Shown here one piece after another: positions 1-12,100 of a stretch of 64,000 bases of DNA. Position 1 is the first letter of the stretch. Every line of letters begins with the position of its first letter. Origin of the DNA: Macrostomum hystrix. Lineage: Eukaryota; Animalia; Platyhelminthes. Under the pieces are notes generated by a model. That model was not told where the DNA came from. It saw only the letters and a program-made list of their open reading frames with translations, and did not search any database. The DNA is taken from NCBI GenBank assembly GCA_950097015.1, contig CATNEN010000030.1, forward strand, positions 992,001-1,056,000, read 5' to 3'. The position numbers and the translations under genes are program-made.

Positions 1-122
1 TCTCCCTATGCCACTCTCCCTATCTGCAATTTTATTCCCGTCATATCTCTCTTTGCCATTCTGGCGCCTCCCTGCGTCATCTGTCATATGCTTAAAACGC
101 ATTCCCTGCCACTGTACGTCAG

Positions 123-3100
123 ATTCACGTGAGCTGCGTTAGAGGCACCAATCTGCAGAGCCTAGCTGACCTGCTGTTCATGACTGCCAAGGATCTGACC
201 CTGCCTGGCAGTCGCAATAGTTTCATAGTCGGCGAATCGATTCCAGCAATCTACATGGATCTGGAGACTGTGCTGCGAGATCTCGCCACAGAGCGCAGGA
301 ACCAGTCAAGAGACCCGGTTCTGCCAGCGGAAGACTACGCCGGCATTGTACAGGACCGCATGCTCGACCGGTTCGGCAAATCTTTTGCCAACGCTAGCGA
401 ACTGATGCAGGCCACCGCCTTTCTACACGATGTCGGCTCCATACTGCACTTTAAGGTTTGAAGGGGCAGGTCACATGGGCTGGCATGATGGGCTAGCAGC
501 TTGGTTGACTGGGTTAGGCAGTTTAGTAGACTGGGTAGACAGTTAGGTAGATTGGGTAGACAGTTTGGTAGACTAGGTAGGCAGTTTGGTAGATTGGGTA
601 GACAGTTTGGTAGACTAGGCAGGCAGTTTGGTAGATTGGGTAGACAGTTTGGTAGACTAGGCAGACAGTTAGGTAGATTGGGTAGACAGTTTGGTAGACT
701 AGGTAGGCAGTTTGGTAGATTGGGTAGACAGTTTGGTAGACTAGGCAGGCAGTTTGGTAGATTGGGTAGACAGTTTGGTAGACTAGGCAGGCAGTTTGGT
801 AGATTGGGTAGACAGTTTGGTAGACTAGGTAGGCAGTTTGGTAGATTGGGTAGACAGTTTGGTAGACTAGGCAGGCAGTTTGGTAGATTGGGTAGACAGT
901 TTGGTAGACTAGGCAGGCAGTTTGGTAGATTGGGTAGACAGTTTGGTAGACTAGGTAGGCAGTTTGGTAGATTGGGTAGACAGTTTGGTAGACTAGGCAG
1001 GCAGTTTGGTAGATTGGGTAGACAGTTTAGTTGACAGGCAGCTATTTAGACTAAATAGCCAGGTTGGTAGACTGGGTAGGCCCGAGTGGCAATTTTTGTT
1101 TTCGATTACCAATTTATCAAATATTTTTATCCCACGCATACTTCTAGGACGTTGGCCTGCGTGACATCTACTTCCTGGATCCTCAGTGGCTGTGCGACCT
1201 TCTAGCCAATGTTGTAACAACGCCAGAGAATAACAAGTGGGTTCGCGGCGGCCTCATGCCCGTTGAGCACCTGCACTGGGTGTTTCACGGCAACAGCAGC
1301 GCCTGCAGACCAGCAGAGATAAGAAGCTACATTGTGCGGCTGCTGGCTAAGTTTGAGCTGGCCCTGCTGGTAAGTCGTGTACTGCGACTCTACCGATCAT
1401 GCTTGCTCACACACCATATTGCATCTGGTCTCTTCCCCTCTGTCTTCTGGTCTCTTCCCCTCTGTCTTCTGGTCTCTCCCCCTCTGTCTTCTGGTCTCTT
1501 CCCCTCTGTCTTCTGGTCTCTTCCCCTCTGTCTTCTGGTCTCTTCCCCTCTGTCTTCTGGTCTCTTCCCCTCTGTCTTCTGGTCTCTTCCCCTCTGTCTT
1601 CTGGTCTCTTCCCCTCTGTCTTCTGGTCTCTTCCCCTCTGTCTTCTGGTCTCTTCCCCTCTGTCTTCTGGTCTCTTCCCCTCTGTCTTCTGGTCTCTTCC
1701 CCTCTGTCTTCTGGTCTCTTCCCCTCTGTCTTCTGGTCTCTTCCCCTCTGTCTTCTGGTCTCTTCCCCTCTGTCTTCTGGTCTCTTCCCCTCTGTCTTCT
1801 GGTCTCTTCCCCTCTGTCTTCTGGTCTCTTCCCCTCTGTCTTCTGGTCTCTTCCCCTCTGTCTCTCCACCTCTTCCCCTCTGTCTCCCCTTCTCTTCCCC
1901 TTTGTCTCCAGTCTCTTCCCATCTGTCTCCCCTACTCTTCCCTCTGTCTCCCCTTCTCTTCCCATTTGTCTCCCCGTCTCTTCCCCTCTGCCTCCCACCG
2001 TATCTTCCCATATGTCTCTCCCCGTATCTTCCCCTCTGTCTCCCCATCTTTTCCCCTCTGTCTCCCCTTCTCTTCCCCTCTGTCTCTCCCCATCTCTTCC
2101 CCTCTGTCTCTCTTTCGATCAAATTGCAACTCTAAGTCATTTAATCGGGATGAAAAAACTCAACCAAATCCCATTCGCAGGTTGAAAACGATCAACTTCT
2201 GATTCCGTCCCTGCTGCCAGTCAGCTCGTTGCCCCAGGGCGGGCCCGGCAGTCGCGCTAGCCGCATTCCGCTGTGGGACGACACCCCGACGCCGTCTCAG
2301 GAGCTTTCAAGGCTCAATTATCAGCAGGCCGCCGCCTCAGTCGCCACCTCAGCCGCCGCCTCAGCCGCCACCTCAGCCGCCGCCTCAGCCGCCGCCACTC
2401 AGCAGTCGAACGGAGCCCCAAATGTGTCCGGCTCCGCCGCAGTATACGTACCGTTTCCGCCCAGGGAGCCGGGCACGGAGGCTACAATGTTCTACATTAA
2501 ACTGGACGACATTGAAGCCAGGCTGGGCGGCAATGCGAATCAGCTGCCGCCGACACCACAGCCTGAGCTGCGCCTGGGCCCGGCGAAGACCAAATTCAGT
2601 TTGAAATGCGAAAGCGCCGATATTAGCAAACAGCTGAGCCGGCTGTACATCATGACCTACTTCCCATCCGGCTTCTGGCCTCGCCTGCTGACTAAACTCA
2701 TCGGCGACCGACACTTTGCCGCCACTGCCAAGGGTCTCTACAGGCTCAACTATTTGCAGGGCGTTGAACGCCTGTCCGACTTTCCCGAAGCTCTGCGTCA
2801 GCGGGCCTACTGGCTGCCCTGGCAGACTGGAGTTGAACTGTACGCTTGCGACGTTCTGGTGCTCAGCTGCAAAGAGGTTCGCTGCTGCTGTCCTTATCCT
2901 TATTCTTATGATCCCACTTCCCATTCTTATGATCCCACTTCCCATTCTTATGATCCCACTTCCCATTCTTATGATCCCACTTCCCATTCTTATGATCCCA
3001 CTTCCCATTCTTATGATCCCACTTCCCATTCTTATGATCTCACTTCCCATTCTTATGATCCCACTTTCCATTCTTATGATCCCATTTCCCATTCTTATGA

Positions 3101-6100
3101 TCCCACTTCCCATTCTTATGATCCCACTTCCCATTCTTATGATCCCACTTTCCATTATTATGATCCCACTTCCCATTATTATGATCCCACTTCCCATTCT
3201 TATGATCCCACTTCCCATTCTTTTTGTCCCACTTCCCATTCTAATTGTCCCACTTCCCATTCTTATGATCCCACTTCCCATTCTTATGATCCTACTTCCC
3301 ATTCTTATGATCCTACTTTCCATTCTTATGATCTCACTTCCCATTCTTATGATCCCACTTCCCATTCTTATGATCCCACTTCCCATTCTTATGATCCCAC
3401 TTCCCATTCTTATGATCTCACTTCCCATTCTTATGATCCCACTTTCCATTCTTATGATCCCATTTCCCATTCTTATGATCCCACTTCCCATTCTTATGAT
3501 CCTACTTCCCATTCTTATGATCCCACTTTCCATTATTATGATCCCACTTCCCATTCTTATGATCCCACTTCCCATTCTTATGATCCCACTTCCCATTCTT
3601 TTTGTCCCACTTCCCATTCTAATTGTCCCACTTCCCATTCTTATGATCCCACTTCCCATTCTTATGATCCTACTTCCCATTCTTATGATCCTACTTTCCA
3701 TTCTTATGATCTCACTTCCCATTCTTATGATCCCACTTTCCATTCTTATGATCCCACTTTCCATTCTTTTTGTCCCACTTCCCATTCTTATGATCCCACT
3801 TCCCATTCTTATGATCCTACTACCCATTCTTATGTTCCCACTTTCCATTCTCATGATCCCACTTCCCATTCTTATGATCCCACTTCCCATTCTTATGATC
3901 CCACTTTCCATTATTATGATCCCACTTCCCATTATTATGATCTCACTTCCCATTCTTATGATCCCACTTTCCATTCTCATGATCCCACTTCCCATTCTTA
4001 TGATCCCACTTCCCATTATTATGATCCCACTTCCCATTCTTATGATCCCACTTTCCATTCTTATGATCCCACTTCCCATTCTTATGATCCCACTTCCCAT
4101 TCTTATGATCCCACTTTCGATTCTTATGATCCCACTTTCGATTCTTATGATCCCACTTCCTAATATTATGATTAGAAAACTTTTAAATTCCCGCTATTAA
4201 AAACTCTGCAGGTCCAGAGTGGCGCCGCCTCAGGCGACAGCCAATCGGAACTGCTGAAGTCGCTCTCCTACCGGGTCCTATTCGAAGGCGATCAGCACGA
4301 TTTGGCAACGCCGGCTGAGCGCATGAGCCTGCTGGAAATCCGCCTGCCACTCACGGACATCCGGCTGGAGCCGAGCGAGGGCCTGCCCACCAGAATCGGC
4401 AGCTACTACCTGCGCTGCAGGAAGCAGGCGGCTACTGGATTGCTTAATAAAGTGCGAACGAATAGTAGACTTTAAAGTACACGGCGATATTCGTTTCATT
4501 GTGTGAACTTTTCGAACCCAAACCTGTCGCAGGTTGTTGAGCACATCGACTCCCTACTGGAGGATTGGTTTCCAGATTTGGGCACAAGATTCAACCAGAC
4601 TGCCGAGGGCATGTTCCTGGTGACCCGGCTGTGCCCCTGCCAGCTGTGCCTTTACGCCCAACAGATTAACCGCAGAGGCGTGCCAAAGACCTCCTGGGAT
4701 GTGGTCAGCAACGACCAATTTCCCTGCGTTATTGGGCGCGTCAACGCCGACTCCAGCGCTACTAGAGAGTGAGTTGACAAAGACCTGTTTGCTGACAAAG
4801 ACCTGTTTGTTGACCAAACACCTGTTTGCTGGCAAAGACCTTTTTGCTGACAAAGACCTGTCTGAAAAAAACTTGTCTGACAAAAACTTGTGTTGACGAA
4901 GACCTGTTTATTGACAAACAACCTGCTTGTTGACAAAGTCCTTATTGACAAACTTGTTTGCTGACAGACCCGTTTGCTGACTAACAACTTGTGTTGATAA
5001 AGACCTGTTTATTGATAAAGACCTGTTTATTGACAAAGATCTGTTTATTGACAAAGACCAGTTTGCTAACGAAGATCTGTTCGCTGACAAAGACCTGTTT
5101 GTTGGTAGTAGACCAGGTTTAAGAAAGTCTCCATTTTTTTAGAAATGCATGTTTTGTCAAGTTCATATGCTAAAAGGACTAGGCCTACAAAATAACGAAC
5201 AACTAACGTAGGATATGCTGACAAAGACTTTCACTCATACTTACTTACTTAAGCGTTATATATCGACTCGCAATTAGTTGATTAAACCAAATCTAAACTT
5301 CAGCGATGTAGTCTACTGCGCCGCTGTTGAAGAGTTTATCTACAACTACCTGGAGAAACAGGTAATTCTGCAGTGCCCAGTTCACAAGAAGGATTTCAAT
5401 GCGCCGGATCTTGTAAGTTTGCCTTTTAATTATTAGATAATACACTTGATAACATATTGGAGATCAGTATCAATCACTACGAATTAATAATACCATTTTT
5501 TGCAGATGTTTCAAGACCTAGACCCCGATAAGATTCTTTCCATTGAGCAAGTGAAAATCCTGTCCTTCATTGGCAAAGGAAACTTTGGCACCGTGTTCTC
5601 TGGCTCCATTAGGGTGAGTTTTTAAGTAATTTTACGAGTATTATGCAATTGTAATAGCCACCCAATTCCACCGTCAATGTACACTGGCAATAGTCATTCC
5701 CTTCCCCGTCAATGTACACAGGCAATAGTCATTCCCTTCCCCGTCAATGTACACAGGCAATAGTCATTCCCTTCCCCGTCGATGTACACTGGCAATAGTC
5801 ATTCCCTTCCCCGTCGATGTACACTGGCAATAGTCTTCCCTTCCCCGTCGATGTACACAGGCAATAGTCATTCCCTTCCCCGTCGATGTACACTGGCAAT
5901 AGTCATTCCCTTCCCCGTCAATGTACACAGGCAATAGTCATTCCCTTCCCCGTCGATGTACACTGGCAATAGTCATTCCCTTCCCCGTCGATGTACACTG
6001 GCAATAGTCATTCCCTTCCCCGTCGATGTACACTGGCAATAGTCATTCCCTTCCCCGTCGATGTACACTGGCAATAGTCATTCCCTTCCCCGTCGATGTA

Positions 6101-9100
6101 CACTGGCAATAGTCATTCCCTTCCCCGTCGATGTACACTGGCAATAGTCATTCCCTTCCCCGTCGATGTACACTGGCAATAGTCATTCCCTTCCCCGTCA
6201 ATGTACACTGGCAATAGTCATTCCCTTCCCCGTCAATGTACACTGGCAATAGTCATTCCCTTCCCCGTCGATGTACACTGGCAATAGCCGTTCCCTTCCC
6301 CGTCAATGTACACAGGCAATAGTCATTCCCTTCCCCATGAATGTACATAACCAGCCCTTCCCCATGAATGTACATAACCAGCCCTTCCCCATGAATGTAC
6401 ATAACCAGCCTTATGCCCGCCAACACCGACACTCACAGACAAAGGAAGGCGAGCAGTACGCTGCCGTGAAGCTGCTGGTGCCCTACCCGCTGACTGCCGA
6501 CTGCTCAGAGGAAGACCAGCGCCTCTACAAAGAGGAAGCCCGCCGTTGGGAGAAGGAGGCAGTTCAGAGCTGTTGCAAATCCTACTTGCAGGCTCGCTCT
6601 GAGTTGCACATCCTGCTGCGGCTGCATCATCCCAATGTGCTCAACCTGTACGGAGTGCTGGCGCCTAAACCGCTGTCGCTGCTGTTGGAGTTGGCGCCGC
6701 AGGGCGCTCTAGACAGGTGAGAAAATAGAAAACTTAACTGGGATTGGCTGTAGTAGATCTAGGATTGGCTGTAGTAGATCTAGGATTGGCTGTAGTAGAT
6801 CTAGGATTGGCTGTAGTAGATCTAGGATCCAGGATTGGCTGTAGTAGATCTAGGATCTAGGATTGGATGTAGTAGATCTAGGATTGGCTGTAGTAGATCT
6901 AGGATTGGCTGTAGTAGATCCAGAATTGGCTGTAGTAGATCTAGGATCCAGGATTGGCTGTAGTAGATCTAGGATTGGCTGTAGTAGATCTAGGATTGGC
7001 TGTAGTAGATCCAGAATTGGCTGTAGTAGATCTAGGATCCAGGATTGGCTGTAGTAGATCTAGGATTGGCTGTAGTAGATCTAGGATTGGCTGTAGTAGA
7101 TCCAGAATTGGCTGTAGTAGATCTAGGATCCAGGATTGGCTGTAGTAGATCTAGGATTGGCCATAGAACAAGAATTACCTAGATGAGCACAAAGAGCAAA
7201 AAAATGTCGCTCAAAAATGTTTCCAGGCACCTGGCCAGCTACAGGCAGGCTGGCTATCGTCTGCCAGTAGGTGTGCTTCGCTCCCTGGTCTATCAGATCG
7301 CAGACGCCCTGGCGCATCTGCACTCTCTGGGCATCATCTATCGAGATTTGAAGGCTGAAAATTGTCTAGTGTGGAATCTGCCACCGCCGCCTGGCCTTGG
7401 CGCCGGTGGCGGCTCCGATGTGTCCGCTGTCAGCGGAATCGGCGATACTGACGGCAGCGCCGTCTCCGTTGTCAGCGTTGGCGACGGAGCTGGAATTTCT
7501 GCTGGCGCCAATGCGACTTTGGATGCAGTACAGGGGCATCACGGAATGCTGCGTGTGGCATTGGCTGACTATGGCATTAGCAGGACCACAGTGCCCGATG
7601 GGTGAGTACCGTGTGCTTACACTGCCTGCTCACACTGCCTGCCTTACCTGTGCGACAGACAGATCCCACCAGGGGATCAATGTGTCTGACATTATCCCAC
7701 CAGGGAATCAGTGTGCCAGGCATTATCCCACCAGGGATCAGTGTGCCAGACATTATCCCACCAGGGAATCAGTGTGTCAGACATTATCCACGAGGGGATC
7801 AGTGTGCCCGACATTATCCCACCAGGGGATCAGTGTGCCAGACATTATCCCACCAGGGGATCAGTGTGTCTGACATTATCCCACCAGGGGATCAGTGTGC
7901 CCGACATTATCCCACCAGGGGATCAGTGTGCCAGACATTATCCCACCAGGGGATCAGTGTGTCTGACATTATCCCACCAGGGGATCAATGTGCCAGACAT
8001 TATCCCACCAGGGGATCAGTGTGTCTGACATTATCCCACCAGGGGATCAGTGTGCCCGACATTATCCCACCAGGGGATCAGTGTGCCAGACATTATCCCA
8101 CCAGGAGATCAGTGTGTCAGACATTATCCACCAGGGGATCATTGTGTCAGACATTATCCACCAGGGGATCATTGTGCCAGACATTATCCCGCAAGTTGTT
8201 CAGCGAGTCAGACACTAGACCTTCAGGTGTTCAGTTAGTCAGACCCTGGACCTTCAGCTAGTGCCACCCCTGTCGCCGCATCCTTCAGCTATCGCGGCTA
8301 CGCCGGCACCTTGGCCTACATGGCACCGGAGATCTTGGAATTTCACGGCGAAGAGACCTACACGGAGAAGGCGGACATCTACAGCTTCGGCATGCTGTTG
8401 TACGAATTGATCACGCTCAAACCGCCATTTATTGATGAAGCAACAAAGAGTGTCCGTCAGAATCTGGTCTCCTACATTCTGAAAGGCGGCCGGCCCCTGC
8501 TCTACGATACTGACTTGGCCGGAGTTCCAGTGCCTATGTTGGACCTGCTGGCTGTCTGCTGGGATCAGCGCTCGCGGCAGCGGCCGTCGGCTGCTCAAAT
8601 TCGCGCCGCCTGTCAGAGCGCCGCTTTCGTCCGCGTCTCGGACGCCTGCGCCATGCTGGCGGCTCCGCTTTGCATGGTCCTTTGCATCGGGCGAGCCGGC
8701 CCGGACTCCAACGACCTGTGGCTAGCCAGCCTGGAGACCTCAGGCCGGCAGGCTCGACTAGAGACCTACGAGCTGGACAAGTGGGTGCTGGGTGAACTGC
8801 CAGATGGGATTCCCGTGTTAGCCGGGTGTCTGTCCTAGATTCTTCAGGCCAGATTGAGGAATTCCTAAGGTAGCATTCATGAATTCTTCAGGTGTCGTTC
8901 ATGGATTCTTCAGGTGACATTCATGGATTCTTCAGGTGACATTCATGAATTCTTCAGGTGACATTCATGGATTCTTCAGGTGACATTCATGGATTCTTCA
9001 GGTGACATTCATAGATTCTTCAGGTGACATTCATGGATTCTTCAGGTGACATACATGGATTCTTCAGGTGACATTCATGGATTCTTCAGGTGACATTCAT

Positions 9101-12100
9101 GGATTCTTCAGGTGACATACATGGATTCTTCAGGTGTCGTTCATGGATTCTTCAGGTGACATTCATGGATTCTTCAGGCCACATTCAGGAATTCCTAAGG
9201 TAGCATTCATGAATTCTTCAGGTGTCGTTCATGGATTCTTCAGTTGACATTAATGGATTCTTCAGGTGACATTCATGGATTCTTCAGGTGACATTCATGG
9301 ATTCTTCAGGTGACATTCATGGATTCTTCAGGCCACATTCAGGAATTCCTAAGGTAGCATTCATGAATTCTTCAGGTGTCGTTCATGGATTCTTCAGGTG
9401 ACATTCATGGATTCTTCAGGTGACATTCATGGATTCTTCAGGTGACATTCATGGATTCTTCAGGTGACATTCATGGATTCTTCAGGTGACATTCATGGAT
9501 TCTTCAGGTGACATTCATGGATTCTTCAGGTGACATTCATGGATTCTTCAGGTGACATACATGGATTCTTCAGGTGACATTAATGGATTCTTCAGGTGAC
9601 ATACATGGATTCTTCAGGTGTCGTTCATGGATTCTTCAGGTGACATTCATGGATTCTTCAGGTGACATACATGGATTCTTCAGGTGACATTAATGGATTC
9701 TTCAGGTGACATTCATGGATTCTTCAGGTGACATTCATGGATTCTTCAGGTGACATACATGGATTCTTCAGGTGACATTAATGGATTCTTCAGGTGACAT
9801 TCATGGATTCTTCAGGTGACATTCATGGATTCTTCAGGTGACATTCATGGATTCTTCAGGTGACATTCATCGATTCTTCAGGTGACATTCATGGATTCTT
9901 CAGGTGACATTCATGGATTCTTCAGGTGACATTCATGGATTCTTCAGGTGACATTCATGGATTCTTCAGGTGACATTCATGGATTCTTCAGGTGACATTC
10001 ATGGATTCTTCAGGTGACATACATGGATTCTTCAGGTGACATTCATGGATTCTTCAGGTGACATTCATGGATTCTTCAGGTGACATACATGGATTCTTCA
10101 GGTGTCGTTCATGGATTCTTCAGGTGACATTAATGGATTCTTCAGGCCACATTCAGGAATTCCTAAGGTAGCATTCATGAATTCTTCAGGTGTCGTTCAT
10201 GGATTCTTCAGGTGACATTAATGGATTCTTCAGGTGACATTCATGGATTCTTCAGGTGACATACATGGATTCTTCAGGTGTCGTTCATGGATTCTTCAGG
10301 TGACATTCATGGATTCTTCAGGTGACATACATGGATTCTTCAGCTAGGTGTCGTTCATGGATTCTTCAGGTGACATTCATGGATTCTTCAGATGACATAC
10401 ATGGATTCTTCAGCTAGGTGTCGTTCATGGATTCTTCAGGTGACATTCAGGAATTCCTAAGGTAGCATTCATGAATTCTTCAGGTGTCGTTCATGGATTC
10501 TTCAGGTGACATTCATGGATTCTTCAGGTGACATTCAGTTCAAATTTAGATTCCCTTCAGGTGTCCGTTTTACCTGTCCTTAAATTGCACAGCCTTTCAG
10601 CTGATAGCCAAAAACCATTCTCCACCCGCAGGGGTCGAGTTCGCCGCTGCCGCCTGGTGCACACCTTCGGCCTTGGCGTCCGACCGCAGGCGATGTGCGT
10701 GGAGCCAGACCACGCCAAGCTTTGGGTCGGCCTATCTAACGGCATTCTGGCCGTCTTCGACTGCGACAACCGGGATCGCGTGGCCGAGATTCCCGTACTG
10801 CGACCCGGACAGCAGCCGCAGGACGCCTTCCAGCAGCTGCTGGCTGCCCGGCCTGCCGTGCTGGTGTTCCTCGCCTCCGGCGGCGTTCGCGTCTATGGCA
10901 ACGCCGCTTATCGACAGGCGACACCCTCGGCAGCCGATGTCGATCCGCCGGCGTTTGAGCTGAGACCGACTGTGGCGCATTTCCTGCCGGATACGGGGTG
11001 AGTTCCGCTGGGGTTCCAGATTGCTTCCATTAGGTTTCGAGATTGCTTCCATTAGGTTTCGAGATTGCTTCCATTAGGTTTCCAGATTGCTTCCATTAGG
11101 TTTCCAGATTGCTTCCATTAGGTTTCCAGATTGCTTCCATTAGGTTTCCAGATTGCTTCCATTAGGTTTCGAGATTGCTTCCATTAGGTTTCGAGATTGC
11201 TTCCATTAGGTTTCGAGATTGCTTCCATTAGGTTTGGAGATTGCTTTCATTAGGTTTCCTGATTGCTTCCATTAGGTTTCGAGATTGCTTCCATTAGGTT
11301 TGGAGATTGCTTTCATTAGGTTTCCAGATTGCTTCCATTAGGTTTCGAGATTGCTTCCATTAGGTTTCGAGATTGCTTCCATTAGGTTTCGAGATTGCTT
11401 CCATTAGGTTTCGAGATTGCTTCCATTAGGTTTCCAGATTGCTTTCATTAGGTTTCCAGATTGCTTTCATTAGGTTTCCAGATTGCTTACATTAGGTTTC
11501 CTGATTGATTTCTTTAGGTTTCCAGTTGGTTTACGTTAGGTTTCCAGTTGGTTTACATTAGGTTTCCAGTTGGTTTACATTAGGTTTCCAGTTGGCTTAC
11601 ATTAGGTTTCCAGTTGGTTTACATTAGGTTTCCAGTTGGTTTACATTAGGTTTCTAGATGGTTTGCATTAGGTTTCCAAATCCAGCCGACCCTCTCACGC
11701 ATTCCCAGCGAGCTGTGGCTCGGTCACTGCGGCGGTCGGCTCTCCGTCCACTCGTTCGCCGAGTCCCTGACGGTGCTTCAACTGGCCGTTCTGGACGATC
11801 CGGACCAATCGGCTACTTCGAGGGCCAACTCGTCGAAGGCGACGATGACAACTACGGCGTTGATTGACTCCGACGAGAACGGCAACCTGGTTGCCACCTA
11901 TGCTTTCCCCGGCAGCGCTGTTCAGCTGTGGTCGGCCCGGACTAGGCAGCACATTGGGCGGGTCTGCCTGACGGAGCTGCTGCTGCCCGAGCTGGGCCCT
12001 GCGCTGGCAGGATGCGGCTTCTCGGGTGAGCACTTCCGAGTGGGGATCTGGGAGGTAGGTGAGATTCAGTCTCAGACAGGTTAGATTGGGTCATAGACAG

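Noticed and set aside
5670-6330. CRISPR-like appearance of 28-35-bp repeats (also 28528-29990, 48805-49807, 50455-51585)
   Set aside because: Units are head-to-tail with no unique spacers, there are no cas genes, and the context is eukaryotic introns.
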